Shown: positions 1 through 10,466, numbered from the stretch's first letter. The stretch is 64,000 nucleotides of DNA from Desulfobacterales bacterium (GCA_016209225.1 JACQWO010000003.1:13298-77297), one strand, 5' to 3'. The notes: generated by a model not told the origin, from the letters alone. Translations and numbers: made by a program.

Positions 1-370
1 CTATCCGAGCTTTAATAGGGCGATAACCGGGCTTCGTTATAAGGCATTTTCATGTTTAGTCAAGCCGGTAGCAAAGAAAAAGCTTTGTCAGGTTGTTGAA
101 TCAGCAGTGAAAAAGAATTCCCTTGAGAAAGAAAAGATACTAAAAGAGACTGTTCCGAAAAAACTGAGGATTCCTTTAACTACTTGTAGTTAGATGTAAT
201 TTGTGATCATTCTAATAAAACTGCAATAAGCATTGTTTTTATGGTCTTTTGGTAAGGTGATTCTTGTAGAATCAAATAGTTACAGATAATCTTATATTAT
301 TTGTATTCTCTCTTTGTAACTCAATACAACCAATAGAGAATACATAATTAAAAATCAAAGGAGGTTTTAA

Positions 371-1537
371 ATGGATTTTTCTTACACGAAGGAACAAGAG
401 GTATTGAAGAATGTAGTGCGGGAATTTTGTGATAAAGAGGTAGCCCCAAGAGCAGCGGAATTTGATAGAACAGCGGAGTTTGACTACAGCATTATTGAAA
501 AGCTTTCCAAACAAGGACTCTTAGGTGTAATCATGCCCAAAGAGTACGGTGGCATGGGAGGCAGCCATGTAGATCAGGCGATAATCTGTGAAGAGATTGG
601 CCGGGATTCTTTGACGGCAATGGTGGCAACTAATATGGCGTGGTATATGGCATATGAGTGTTTGGTAGTCGGAACAGAGGAAAATAAAAAGAGATGGATT
701 CGGTATCTGTTTGATGGAAAAAAGATGGGCGCCCATGCCGGTACTGAGGCCGATGCAGGAACTGATGCAGCATCAGTCAGAACCTGGGCTAAGCTGGAAG
801 GGGATGAATGGGTCATCAATGGCACAAAATGGTTCGTTTCAAACCTTGGCAAGGCAGACTTCTATTTTATTACCCTGCGTACGGCTGATAGTCGTTACGG
901 TGGAATAAGCACAATACTGGTGGAAAAAGACACTCCCGGTATGACTATTGGTAGAAGAGTAGATCTTATAAGCAACCGGGCTATCAGCAATGGCGAGTTG
1001 ATTTTTGAAAATTGCAGAGTACCCAGAGAGAATTTGATTGGCAGACTCAACAAGGGTTTTCTCGACATGATGGTACTGTATGATGTAATAAGGCTTTACC
1101 TGGCTATAGGAGCAGTTGGAATAGCAAGGGGCGCCCTGGAAGAGTCCTTGAAATTTGCTCAGGAACGCCGACAGTTCGGTAAGCCTGTTGGGGAGTTCCA
1201 AATGATCAGAGCAATGCTTGCCGATATGGCTACAGAGATTGATGCTGCACGACTCATGACATACAGAGCCTTAGATATGGAAGAGAAGGGACTCAGACAT
1301 ACAAAGGAGACTTCTATGGCAAAACTCTATGCCTCCGAAATTGCTGACCGGGTGACCTATAAAGCCGTACAGATACACGGAGGATACGGACTTACGATGG
1401 AATTTCCTGTGCAGCGTTATTGGAGAGATGCTAGGCTTTGTTCTATAGGTGAAGGGACGAGTGAAATCCAAAGACTGATAATTGCTGCCGAACTGTTAAA
1501 GAGTCAGAATATCGTACTCGATTCGGCCCTTGATTAA
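371..1537 (+). CDS. acyl-CoA dehydrogenase
   Basis: 388 aa ORF with an N-terminal MDFSYTKEQ...FCDKEVAP region and a C-terminal ...YGGYG...EGTSEIQ signature typical of the ACAD family. A strong AAAGGAGG ribosome-binding site sits 8 nt upstream. Confidence 0.9.
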   Translation: MDFSYTKEQEVLKNVVREFCDKEVAPRAAEFDRTAEFDYSIIEKLSKQGLLGVIMPKEYGGMGGSHVDQAIICEEIGRDSLTAMVATNMAWYMAYECLVVGTEENKKRWIRYLFDGKKMGAHAGTEADAGTDAASVRTWAKLEGDEWVINGTKWFVSNLGKADFYFITLRTADSRYGGISTILVEKDTPGMTIGRRVDLISNRAISNGELIFENCRVPRENLIGRLNKGFLDMMVLYDVIRLYLAIGAVGIARGALEESLKFAQERRQFGKPVGEFQMIRAMLADMATEIDAARLMTYRALDMEEKGLRHTKETSMAKLYASEIADRVTYKAVQIHGGYGLTMEFPVQRYWRDARLCSIGEGTSEIQRLIIAAELLKSQNIVLDSALD

Positions 1538-1550
1538 ATGGTGGTATTCT

Positions 1551-2327
1551 ATGAATATAGTGGTTTGTGTGAAACAGGTGCCTCAAGAGATTCGGATAAA
1601 TAAAACAAAGGGCACTTTGATCAGGGATGGGATAAAAGGGGTTATTAACCCCTGTGACAAGAATGCAATAGAATTAGCGGTAACCTTGAAAGAGAAGCAT
1701 GGAGGTAAGATAACGCTTGTCTCTATGGGACCAAAGGATGTGGAAAATACCCTGACCCACGGGTTAGCCATGGGAGCGGATCAGGCGGTTCTTATCTGTG
1801 ACAGGGTATGTGCCGGTGCTGATACCCTGGCTACTGCGTTCGCTTTGGCAACGGTTATAAAAAAACTGGATGATGTTCAATTAGTGCTCTGCGGCAAAGA
1901 GACCGCTGACAGTGGTACGCAACATGTAGGGCCACAGGTTGCCCATTATCTGGGAATCCCACAGGTTACATATGTTGTAAACCTGTTAATTGAAGGCAGT
2001 AAAATACGGGCAAAAAGACAGTTGAAAGATGAATATGAGACCGTGGAAGCAGGGCTACCGGCTTTGGTTACTGTTGTTAAAGGGATAAATGAACCGAGGA
2101 TGCCGACCTATCTTGACATCTACGAAGCTTCAAAAAAGGATACTCATAAATGGTGTGCAGAAGATCTCGGTCTGAAAGAGGATGAGGTGGGCATCCAGGG
2201 GTCACCCACAAGGATTACTAAAGTCTTTGCACCGGAGGCCAAAAGGGAGTGTAAAATGCTCAGGGGTTCGATAGAGGATATATCCAGCAGTTTAGCCAAT
2301 GACCTAAAAAGTAAGGGATTAGTATGA
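1551..2327 (+). CDS. etfB: electron transfer flavoprotein beta subunit
   Basis: An internal Met gives the canonical EtfB N-terminus MNIVVCVKQVP. The ORF-track start at 1530 is probably too long. The gene is tightly coupled to the acd gene upstream. Confidence 0.9.
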   Translation: MNIVVCVKQVPQEIRINKTKGTLIRDGIKGVINPCDKNAIELAVTLKEKHGGKITLVSMGPKDVENTLTHGLAMGADQAVLICDRVCAGADTLATAFALATVIKKLDDVQLVLCGKETADSGTQHVGPQVAHYLGIPQVTYVVNLLIEGSKIRAKRQLKDEYETVEAGLPALVTVVKGINEPRMPTYLDIYEASKKDTHKWCAEDLGLKEDEVGIQGSPTRITKVFAPEAKRECKMLRGSIEDISSSLANDLKSKGLV

Positions 2328-3301
2328 AAGAAATGGACCGGTATAGAGGTGTTTGGGTATTTGCAGAATGGAAGGACAGCCAGGTAATAAAGGGTAGTCT
2401 TGAACTCTTGTCTTTGGGGCGAGGACTTGCCGATGAGCTTCAGGTAGAACTGTCGGTTCTTTTGATGGGGGATCGTTTAGGCGGCATTCCGGAGGAATTG
2501 ATATACTATGGGGCAGATGTAGTATATGTGATAGAGAACCCTATTCTTGAAAGGTATACTACATCTCCCTACCATAGAATCCTATGTGATTTGATCAGAG
2601 AAAACAAACCAGAGATAGTCCTCTTTAGCACCACGCATCTTGGTATGGATTTGGCTCCCAGGGTAGCCTGTGAACTGAAGACAGGCCTAAGCGCTCACTG
2701 TGTGGACTTAAAGATGGATAAAGAAAATAGACAGTTGCTTCAGATTTGCCCGTATTTTGATTATATGGCGACTATTGTAACCGATACAAGGCCGCAAATG
2801 GCTACTGTTCAGCCTGGCATAACCTCTCCACCAAGGCGAGATGATTCCAGGCAGGGAAAGACAGTAAGGGTTGAATTCAAGATAGAACCCGGAGATATTA
2901 AGATCGTTGAGGTGGAGGCAAAAAAGGAAGAGGATACCGAAAAGATCGAAGAAGCGGATGTTATTGTTGCCGTGGGCCGTGGGCTTAAAGATATGCGCTT
3001 GGCTGAGGAATTGGCTTCTGTTCTTGGGGGAGTCCTTGGTGCGACCCAACCCATTACCGAGGCCGGCCTGTTACAGGAATCTCGTATGATAGGACAAACA
3101 GGCAAGATCGTTCAGCCGAAGTTGTATATTGCCTGTGGAATTTCCGGTGCAGGGCAGCACATTGTAGGAATGCAAAATTCAGGCACTATCGTAGCCATAA
3201 ATACTGATGAAAAGGCCCCTATATTTAAGGTAGCCGATTATGGTATCGTTGGAGATGTTTCTAAAGTAATACCGGCACTCATTGAGTCTTTGAAAGGTTA
3301 G
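2324..3301 (+). CDS. etfA: electron transfer flavoprotein alpha subunit
   Basis: Overlaps the etfB stop. The ETF-alpha FAD-binding C-terminal region reads GISGAGQHIVGM. Confidence 0.9.
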   Translation: MKEMDRYRGVWVFAEWKDSQVIKGSLELLSLGRGLADELQVELSVLLMGDRLGGIPEELIYYGADVVYVIENPILERYTTSPYHRILCDLIRENKPEIVLFSTTHLGMDLAPRVACELKTGLSAHCVDLKMDKENRQLLQICPYFDYMATIVTDTRPQMATVQPGITSPPRRDDSRQGKTVRVEFKIEPGDIKIVEVEAKKEEDTEKIEEADVIVAVGRGLKDMRLAEELASVLGGVLGATQPITEAGLLQESRMIGQTGKIVQPKLYIACGISGAGQHIVGMQNSGTIVAINTDEKAPIFKVADYGIVGDVSKVIPALIESLKG

Positions 3302-3474
3302 AGGAGCGCCTCCATCCATCCGTCTTTACCTTTCTCCACCATTATATATGTCGTTCGTCTAACTCCGGTCACTCCTTATAAACCCATCTTCTAAATTAAA
3401 CCAAAAAATAAACTGTAATTCGGATTACTACCAAAATTAACCTTGCAAATTGAAAGTGTTTGTTTTAATATTCA

Positions 3475-4629
3475 ATGATGATAACACGAAAGGTACAAAA
3501 AACCGTTGAACTTTCTCTGAAACAATATCCTGTTGTTGGAATCCTGGGACCCCGTCAGGTTGGTAAGACGACCCTGGCAAGAGCCATACAAAGTATTCTG
3601 ATACAAAAATCTGTTTATTTAGATTTGGAATTGCCTTCGGATTTGAGTAAACTCCAAGATCCTGAATTGTATATGGGGCAGTTTAAAGATTGTCTTGTGA
3701 TTATAGACGAGATACAGAGAATGCCAAACCTGTTCCCGCTGATGCGGGCGCTGGTTGACCAAAAACGAGTGGCAGGAAGATTTCTTATCTTGGGTTCAGC
3801 ATCGCCGGAGTTGCTCAAACATGCATCAGAGAGTCTGGCGGGGCGCATTATTTACCACGAACTATCACCGCTGATTTTGGAAGAAACCGGTTATGAACGA
3901 ACACAGCAATTGTGGCTCCGGGGAGGCTATCCTCTAAGTTATTTAGCAAATACCGAAGAAGAGAGCATCTCCTGGCGGGAGGCTTTTATCAAGACTTATC
4001 TCGAGATGGACATCCCGCAATTGGGCATTCACGTACCGGCAACGCAGCTCAGAAGATTCTGGACCATGCTTGCTCATGTTCATGGTCAGCTATGGAACGC
4101 ATCACAGATTGCCAAAAGCCTTGGGGTTTCATCCCCCACGGTGCGAAATTATCTGGATATACTTGAAGATACATTCATTGTCAGAAGATTGCCGCCTTTT
4201 TATGCAAATATTAAGAAACGTTTGGTAAAATCCGCCAAGGTGTACATTCGGGATTCAGGCTTGCTTCATGCCTTGTTGAAAAATCGGACTTTGGATGATT
4301 TATACAGTCATCCTTCATCAGGCAATTCATGGGAGGGCTTCGTAATTGAGCAGATTATCGGCATAATCCCTGAATACTGGCAAAGCTTTTTTTATCGAAC
4401 AAACGCAGGGGCAGAAATTGATCTTTTGCTCCTTGATCACAGGAATGAATCAATCGCTGTAGAGATAAAGTATTCCCTGAGTCCGAAGGTTGAAAGAGGC
4501 TTCTGGAACGGTATGGAAGACTTAGGTTGCAAAAAGGGATTTGTCATTTATCCGGGAGATGAAATATACCCGATTGGTAAAGATGTTTTTGCCCTGCCAG
4601 TTAAAAATATGGGGAGAATTTTTGAGTAA
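3475..4629 (+). CDS. AAA+ ATPase with a C-terminal DUF4143-type PD-(D/E)xK-like nuclease domain
   Basis: The Walker A motif reads GPRQVGKTT. The C-terminal segment EIDLLLLD...AVEIKYS matches a D...E.K nuclease motif. The gene lies in an AT-rich accessory stretch. Confidence 0.75.
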   Translation: MMITRKVQKTVELSLKQYPVVGILGPRQVGKTTLARAIQSILIQKSVYLDLELPSDLSKLQDPELYMGQFKDCLVIIDEIQRMPNLFPLMRALVDQKRVAGRFLILGSASPELLKHASESLAGRIIYHELSPLILEETGYERTQQLWLRGGYPLSYLANTEEESISWREAFIKTYLEMDIPQLGIHVPATQLRRFWTMLAHVHGQLWNASQIAKSLGVSSPTVRNYLDILEDTFIVRRLPPFYANIKKRLVKSAKVYIRDSGLLHALLKNRTLDDLYSHPSSGNSWEGFVIEQIIGIIPEYWQSFFYRTNAGAEIDLLLLDHRNESIAVEIKYSLSPKVERGFWNGMEDLGCKKGFVIYPGDEIYPIGKDVFALPVKNMGRIFE

Positions 4630-5106
4630 CTTTTTATGATCATGCGATATATTGGGGAAAATCGGGGCTTCACCATGGTAGAGGTGGTGGTGATGTTGAG
4701 CATAGCATAGAAATCATTGAGGCAGGAGAAGTCTTAGACTTTTTTACGCCACCAAGGGAAGATTATCTATAAAAAGGGTATAACCAATCGTTTCACACGG
4801 ATGCTCATTCTTCGCGCCGGTGAACTCAGTCGATGCCAAGAATCAAAACCATAAACTGTGTGGGATATAATTATGAATATGAATCTGCCATCAGGTCTCC
4901 GACAAGTTTTGGAAGTCTACAGGCTTGTCCGTCACGTCGTCCAAGAATAAAACATTCCTGAAGAGGCGAGACGAGAAATGTCCGAAATCAAGAAACAGAT
5001 TGACACTGCATAATGAGTTGGTCCACAGGGTGCGGCAGAACAGCGTTCCGCGTCTTTGTGCTAGGTAACAAAAACATCTAATATAATGGGCCGCAGGGAG
5101 GCCAGT

Positions 5107-5379
5107 ATGGAATTTGAGTGGGACACCAAAAAAGCTGTCGCAAATGTCCAAAAACATGGCGTCACATTTCAGGAAGCAGCGGCAGTCTTTGGAGACCCGT
5201 TGGCTATTACATTTGGAGACCCGGATCATTCCACGAATGAAAACCGATATATCACTTTTGGGCTATCACCCCAAAAACGATTGCTCATTGTTTCCCATAC
5301 AGAACGTGGTGAGCGAACAAGAATCATAAGCGCGCGTCTTATGGACCGCAAGGAGAGGAAAATTTATGAAGAAGGTTAA
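5107..5379 (+). CDS. brnT: BrnT-family (RelE-like, DUF497) toxin
   Basis: MEFEWDTKKAVANVQKHGVTFQEA matches the BrnT N-terminus. An AGGGAGG ribosome-binding site precedes it. The gene overlaps the downstream antitoxin gene. Confidence 0.7.
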   Translation: MEFEWDTKKAVANVQKHGVTFQEAAAVFGDPLAITFGDPDHSTNENRYITFGLSPQKRLLIVSHTERGERTRIISARLMDRKERKIYEEG

Positions 5380-5614
5380 AGAATCTGATGAACTTCGTCC
5401 TGAGTATAGGCGGGAAGATTTAGGTCAGGGAATCCGCGGCAAGTATTTTGAGGCTTATCAAAAAGGCACCAACCTAGTGCTCCTCAGCCCTGATGTAGCA
5501 AAGGTCTTCACTACAGAAGAAGCCGTCAACGAGGCGTTAAGGTCGCTCATAAAGGTCGCGCAGAAATCAGCTGGCCTAACAAACCACTACCTTAAGGCAA
5601 AAAGAGTCAAGTAA
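5366..5614 (+). CDS. brnA: BrnA-family antitoxin (ribbon-helix-helix)
   Basis: 82 aa ORF overlapping the end of brnT. The sequence EYRREDLGQGIRGKYF is typical of BrnA, and the ribosome-binding site is AAGGAGAGG. Confidence 0.65.
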   Translation: MKKVKESDELRPEYRREDLGQGIRGKYFEAYQKGTNLVLLSPDVAKVFTTEEAVNEALRSLIKVAQKSAGLTNHYLKAKRVK

Positions 5615-5727
5615 AGATTTAGTTTCTCCTTAGGAACGTTGTATAAAATCTCCTTTCAAGCCCTTTGGTAAGTGTTTCTCAACTGGCAACTCTACCAGGG
5701 CAAGAAAGGGGACGTTGTCCAAAGTTA

Positions 5728-5991
5728 TCACTTTTTCTCCTCATCCTTCATTCTCCCTATCGCCATCCCTATCGCTGAGGTCCCTACTCCTAAATTCCTC
5801 GCTATCTCCGCCATCGAAAGCCCCATCTCTTTACTCAAATAGAAGGCAACTTCCCCCCTCACCTTCGTAAGATCAGCAGCAGTATCGAAGACCCATCGGT
5901 GATCCAGGCCATCCTCAATCACCTGGGTATCTGGCTCGTCAGGTCCAGGCCGACGCCGAAAATCGGATTGCTCAACCGGAAGATTGGCCAA
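5728..5991 (-). pseudogene. truncated transposase-like fragment (C-terminal DnaA-C-like helix-turn-helix, as in RAYT/IS200-associated proteins)
   Basis: 87 aa ORF ending ...LSMAEIARNLGVGTSAIGMAIGRM. No HuH catalytic part lies upstream. It sits at the boundary of the AT-rich island. Confidence 0.3.
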
Positions 5992-6098
5992 CCCGATACA
6001 TACCTTCCATTATCACTGATACCGCACCCCATATTTTGTGGTAATTATCCCATTGACACACAAAACTACTTGTCTTATGATTCGTCCGTCATAAAGCA

Positions 6099-8672
6099 AT
6101 GTCTTATCAATTCAATTTTTATGAAACCGTCATAAAAACTGGCTTATATTTAATCATGGAAACCATACATAATCCTCAATTACAACTTGCTTTTGATTTT
6201 GTTCAATACACCGGAAAGAATGTTTTCCTTACCGGGAAAGCCGGTACAGGCAAAACTACTTTTCTTCATGACTTAAAGAAAATATCTCCCAAACGCATGA
6301 TTGTTGTAGCGCCAACAGGCGTTGCTGCTATTAATGCCGGGGGTGTGACTATTCACTCGTTTTTCCAGATGCCATTTTTACCTTACGTGCCTAAAGAACA
6401 AACAGGAAATGAGATAGTTAATAAAGATGGTGATAAGCAAGATACTACCCGTATTCAAAAATTTGGCCGCAATAAAATAAATATTATTAAAAGTCTTGAC
6501 CTGCTTGTAATTGATGAAATAAGCATGGTCAGGGCTGACCTTCTTGACGGTATTGATGAAGTGCTGCGGAGGTTTAAAAACAGGTATAAACCATTCGGCG
6601 GTGTTCAGTTGCTTATGATAGGCGATCTTCAGCAGTTAGCACCTGTAATTAAAGAAGACGAATGGAACATTCTTAAAAATTTTTATGATACTGTGTTTTT
6701 CTTCAGCAGCAAAGCCTTACAGAAAACCCAATATGTAAGTATTGAATTAAAACATGTTTACCGCCAGAGCGACCAGGCTTTTATCGAAATTCTTAATAAA
6801 ATACGTGATAACAGTTTAGACCCCGAAACACTCCGTGAGTTAAATAAAAGGCACATCGCCGGATTCAACCCTGATGAAAGTAAAGGCTATATTACTCTTA
6901 CCACGCATAATATCCAGGCGCAGGAAATAAACAAATCCAAATTGAATAAGCTGAAAGGGAAGGCACATGTTTTTACTGCAACCGTGGATGGCGATTTTCC
7001 TGAATATTCATACCCAACCGATTTCGAACTTACACTCAAAACAGGTGCCCAGGTTATGTTTGTTAAAAATGACATTTCCCGTGAGAAGCTATATTATAAT
7101 GGTAAAATAGGTATTGTTACCAATTTTAAAGAAGATACTATTATTGTAAAATGCCAGGACGATTTAACCGAAATACCGGCACAAAAACTTGAGTGGCAAA
7201 ACACAAAATACTCAATTAATGCTGAAACAAAAGAAATACAGGAAACTGTTGCCGGCTCTTTCTGGCAGTATCCGTTAAAATTAGCATGGGCCATTACCAT
7301 ACACAAAAGCCAGGGATTAACTTTTGAGAAAGCTGTAATTGACGCTAATGCCGCCTTTGCATACGGACAGGTTTATGTTGCCCTAAGCCGCTGCAAAACT
7401 CTTGAAGGACTGGTTTTGAGCACTCCCATTTGTTCTCGTTGCATAAAAAGCGACCCGACAGTTTCGGCATTTACTACCGAAGTTGAACAAAATCCACCCG
7501 GCAATAAGCTTTTAAACGATTCGAAAAATGCCTTTCAGCGCATGCTGCTCGAAGAACTATTTGACTTTAGCCCTATACAAAGACGTTTAGGCTATTGTTT
7601 AAAGCTGATGAACGAAAATATTACAAGCCTTCATGTTAGTTTTCGTGATACTTTTGAAAGAATGAATGTATCTGTAAAAACTGAAATATCTGAAGTTGCG
7701 GAAAAATTCAAACCTCAAATGGAACAGCTTATTGCACAACAAAATTCAATTGAAGAAAATGTTCCTTTGCAGGGACGAATTAAAAAAGCATGTGCTTATT
7801 TTGCTGAAAAAACAGAAAGCCTTGTTTGTGAGGTATTACAGAATGCATCCATTGAAACAGATAACAAAACCGTACAAAAAGCAATCAGGGATGTGTTGGG
7901 TCGGCTGCGTGAGGAATCTTCTGTTAAACTATCCTGCCTGAAAGTTTGCCAGGCAGGCTTTATAATTAAAGATTACATGGAAACCCGGGCAAAATCTGCC
8001 ATTGAAAAACCTGAACCAAAACGTGTGCGCAAAACTGCTGTTGAATCAGTGCCGGAATATATTGTTCATCCGAAACTCTATGCAATTCTGAAAAACTGGC
8101 GTAATGACAAAGCAGATGAACTTGATGTGCCTGTATTTTTTATTTTACCGCAAAAAGCGATGATAGCTCTTATAAATAAACTACCCGTATCAACAGTAGA
8201 ACTGAGAACCGTAAAAGGAATTGGAAATAAAAAGATAAAACAATTTGGCATAGAAATACTTGAATTAATTTCGGCGTACTGTAAAGAAAATAATATTAAA
8301 ATCCCCATGCAGGACATTGAAACATCAACACCACAAAAGACTAAAAAGCCAGATACAAAAAAAACAAGCTATGATTTGCTGAAAGCCGGAAAAACCATTT
8401 CAGAAATAGCTACTGAAAGGAATATGGCTGTTTCGACAATAGAAGGACACCTGGCACATTTTGTGGGCACAGGTGAATTAGACGTGCATCAGTTTGTTAC
8501 CCCGGAAAAAACCACTTTAATTTCCGATTACTTTATAAGTAGTCAAAGCACTTTATTAACACCTGCAAAAATCGTCCTGGGCGAACAGGTTTCTTATGGC
8601 GAATTACGGTTGGTTTTAAAGCATTTGGAATATAAAGGACAGATAGTCAAGATGCAAAAAATGGGATATTAA
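6099..8672 (+). CDS. Pif1-family SF1 DNA helicase with C-terminal HRDC-like and helix-turn-helix domains (Bacteroidetes type)
   Basis: Walker A reads GKAGTGKTT. The Pif1 motifs VAPTGVAA and LVIDEISMV are present, and the C-terminal region reads ...VPVFFILPQKAMIALI...VKGIGNKK. GC content is about 36%, against about 45% for the flanks. Confidence 0.8.
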   Translation: MSYQFNFYETVIKTGLYLIMETIHNPQLQLAFDFVQYTGKNVFLTGKAGTGKTTFLHDLKKISPKRMIVVAPTGVAAINAGGVTIHSFFQMPFLPYVPKEQTGNEIVNKDGDKQDTTRIQKFGRNKINIIKSLDLLVIDEISMVRADLLDGIDEVLRRFKNRYKPFGGVQLLMIGDLQQLAPVIKEDEWNILKNFYDTVFFFSSKALQKTQYVSIELKHVYRQSDQAFIEILNKIRDNSLDPETLRELNKRHIAGFNPDESKGYITLTTHNIQAQEINKSKLNKLKGKAHVFTATVDGDFPEYSYPTDFELTLKTGAQVMFVKNDISREKLYYNGKIGIVTNFKEDTIIVKCQDDLTEIPAQKLEWQNTKYSINAETKEIQETVAGSFWQYPLKLAWAITIHKSQGLTFEKAVIDANAAFAYGQVYVALSRCKTLEGLVLSTPICSRCIKSDPTVSAFTTEVEQNPPGNKLLNDSKNAFQRMLLEELFDFSPIQRRLGYCLKLMNENITSLHVSFRDTFERMNVSVKTEISEVAEKFKPQMEQLIAQQNSIEENVPLQGRIKKACAYFAEKTESLVCEVLQNASIETDNKTVQKAIRDVLGRLREESSVKLSCLKVCQAGFIIKDYMETRAKSAIEKPEPKRVRKTAVESVPEYIVHPKLYAILKNWRNDKADELDVPVFFILPQKAMIALINKLPVSTVELRTVKGIGNKKIKQFGIEILELISAYCKENNIKIPMQDIETSTPQKTKKPDTKKTSYDLLKAGKTISEIATERNMAVSTIEGHLAHFVGTGELDVHQFVTPEKTTLISDYFISSQSTLLTPAKIVLGEQVSYGELRLVLKHLEYKGQIVKMQKMGY

Positions 8673-8788
8673 AGATCAGTCTTCGGAGATGGGGACACCA
8701 TACTGGTTTTTGAAATATTAGAGATAATTGAGGAGATAACGTCCTTCTTAACATATTTTCAGCAAAAATAGAGAGGAGGCTAAAGGTC

Positions 8789-9124
8789 ATGTATGTCGGC
8801 AGAACAAAAGATGTAAAAGTGGACCAGTTGCCTATGGAGGGGGTTAAGAAGGCAACCATCCAATGGCTTATATCCGAAAAAGAAGGGGCTAAACATTTCG
8901 CCATGAGGCTTGTAACCATCAAAAAGGGGGGTGTTATCCCTCTACATTCTCATTCGCAGGTACATGAACAGTATATCTTGAAAGGACAAGGAATAATCTT
9001 TACCAATGATTCTCAAAGAGAGCTAAAACCAGGTGGTTTTGTGTTTGTGGATGAAAACGAGGCTCACGGGATGAAGAACACAGGTAATGAAGACCTTGAG
9101 GTCATATGTTGTGTGAATCTATAG
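8789..9124 (+). CDS. cupin domain protein
   Basis: 111 aa ORF with the cupin metal-binding motifs HSHSQVHE and GFVFV. A GAGGAGG ribosome-binding site precedes it. Confidence 0.8.
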   Translation: MYVGRTKDVKVDQLPMEGVKKATIQWLISEKEGAKHFAMRLVTIKKGGVIPLHSHSQVHEQYILKGQGIIFTNDSQRELKPGGFVFVDENEAHGMKNTGNEDLEVICCVNL

Positions 9125-9335
9125 TAAACAGATTAATGCTACTTACGGAAAAGCACGAAAAGACGATTCTGTGAAGGCAATTATTATTACTGGTGCGGGT
9201 ACTTCTTTTAGTGCAGGACTGGACTTGGTCGCATATTGTGGTAAATACAGCCTGGTATTATGCCCCAAACTTTGCAAGACGTCCTGCATTGGCAAGTATA
9301 ATGGTCATCAGATTAACAGTAGGCTGGCGGCCTAA
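9117..9335 (+). pseudogene. enoyl-CoA hydratase (crotonase) remnant
   Basis: An open frame with no start codon encodes ...DDSVKAIIITGAGTSFSAGLDL, the crotonase oxyanion-hole region. The rest of the gene is absent, and the fragment overlaps the 3' end of apgM. Confidence 0.35.
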
Positions 9336-10466
9336 CCCTCCCTGGATGCAGCTTATCTCATCGAATTTTGTCACCTGATCAACCCGACAAAACTTAGAAT
9401 TAAGTATTACCGGAAGGGTATGCCAGCTATGACCACCCCACTTTGCAGGGGTAGAATGGTCCCCGGTTACCACCAGTACATCAGGGTTTAGTTCGGTTAT
9501 TTGTGGTAAAAAGCCATCAACCTCTTCAATCACCTTCACCTTGGCATCAAAATCCCCATCTTCTCCTCGGGAATCAGTATGTTTGATGTGTAGATAGAAA
9601 AAATCATAATTGTTGTACTGGTCTTTCAATGCCTTAAATTCATCTTCAATGCCCTCCAGAGATGGAAGAACAGTCATCCCCAGTAACCGGGCTATTCCTT
9701 TATACATAGGATAAGTGGCTATGGCAAGGGACTTCAAGCCAAACCTCATTTCTAAAGAAGGATATGCCCTATGTTTGGCAAATCCCCTGAGGAGGATCAT
9801 ATTGGCCTTCTTTTCATCAGCCAGTATTGATTTGGCCTGAGACAGAAAGTCCGAAGCCAAGTTAGCCGTTGCTTTTGATTCGGGATTATTGGCCTTGGGT
9901 TCTAAAGGGAATAATCCAACCTTTTGAGGATCCGTATCTTCTATGTCTCCTTCAAGACCGTCTCCCCTTAATACCAGTACCGCCCTGTGTTCTTTGACTG
10001 GTTCAACAAGAACCTCAGTATTGCCAAGCTTGGCATTTTCTCTTAGTTTTGCACATATCCTATTGTTTTCAGAGGTGGTTATTCTGCCTGCCCTGCGGTC
10101 AATGACCCTCCCTTCTTTGTCGATGGTTGCATAGTTTATCCGAGCTACCACATCTCTGGGTGTTAAAGGAAAAGCTATTCCAGATGCCTCTAGAATTCCC
10201 CTTCCAATATTGCTTTCGAAAGGATCATAACCGAAGAGGGCGAAATGAGAGGGGCCACTTCCAGGGGTGATTCCTGGGGCAATAGGGTCCAATAAACCGC
10301 AGATAGAGTTTTTAGCCAATTCATCCAGGTTGGGTGTGTGGGCAACCTGCAGTTCGGTTCCCCCTTTTCCTTCCACTTCTAGCCCACCGACCCCATCTAA
10401 AATGAGATACACTATCTTAGTGTCATTTTTTATTACCAGTTTTTCAAGAAGACCAGGTAAAAGCAT
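9258..10466 (-). CDS. apgM: cofactor-independent phosphoglycerate mutase, archaeal type
   Basis: 402 aa ORF. IVYLILDGVGG, plus HT...G and GDHSTP, match the ApgM/COG3635 metalloenzyme family. The ribosome-binding site is GGGGGAG. Confidence 0.85.
   Translation of the reverse strand: MLLPGLLEKLVIKNDTKIVYLILDGVGGLEVEGKGGTELQVAHTPNLDELAKNSICGLLDPIAPGITPGSGPSHFALFGYDPFESNIGRGILEASGIAFPLTPRDVVARINYATIDKEGRVIDRRAGRITTSENNRICAKLRENAKLGNTEVLVEPVKEHRAVLVLRGDGLEGDIEDTDPQKVGLFPLEPKANNPESKATANLASDFLSQAKSILADEKKANMILLRGFAKHRAYPSLEMRFGLKSLAIATYPMYKGIARLLGMTVLPSLEGIEDEFKALKDQYNNYDFFYLHIKHTDSRGEDGDFDAKVKVIEEVDGFLPQITELNPDVLVVTGDHSTPAKWGGHSWHTLPVILNSKFCRVDQVTKFDEISCIQGGLGRQPTVNLMTIILANAGRLAKFGA

Noticed and set aside
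521-3105. Multiple 60-120 aa ORFs antisense to or overlapping acd, etfB and etfA, for example 574-852 on the minus strand, 839-1201 on the minus strand, 2708-3049 on the minus strand and 2907-3089 on the plus strand
   Set aside because: These are shadow ORFs inside strongly supported genes. They have no ribosome-binding sites and low-complexity translations.
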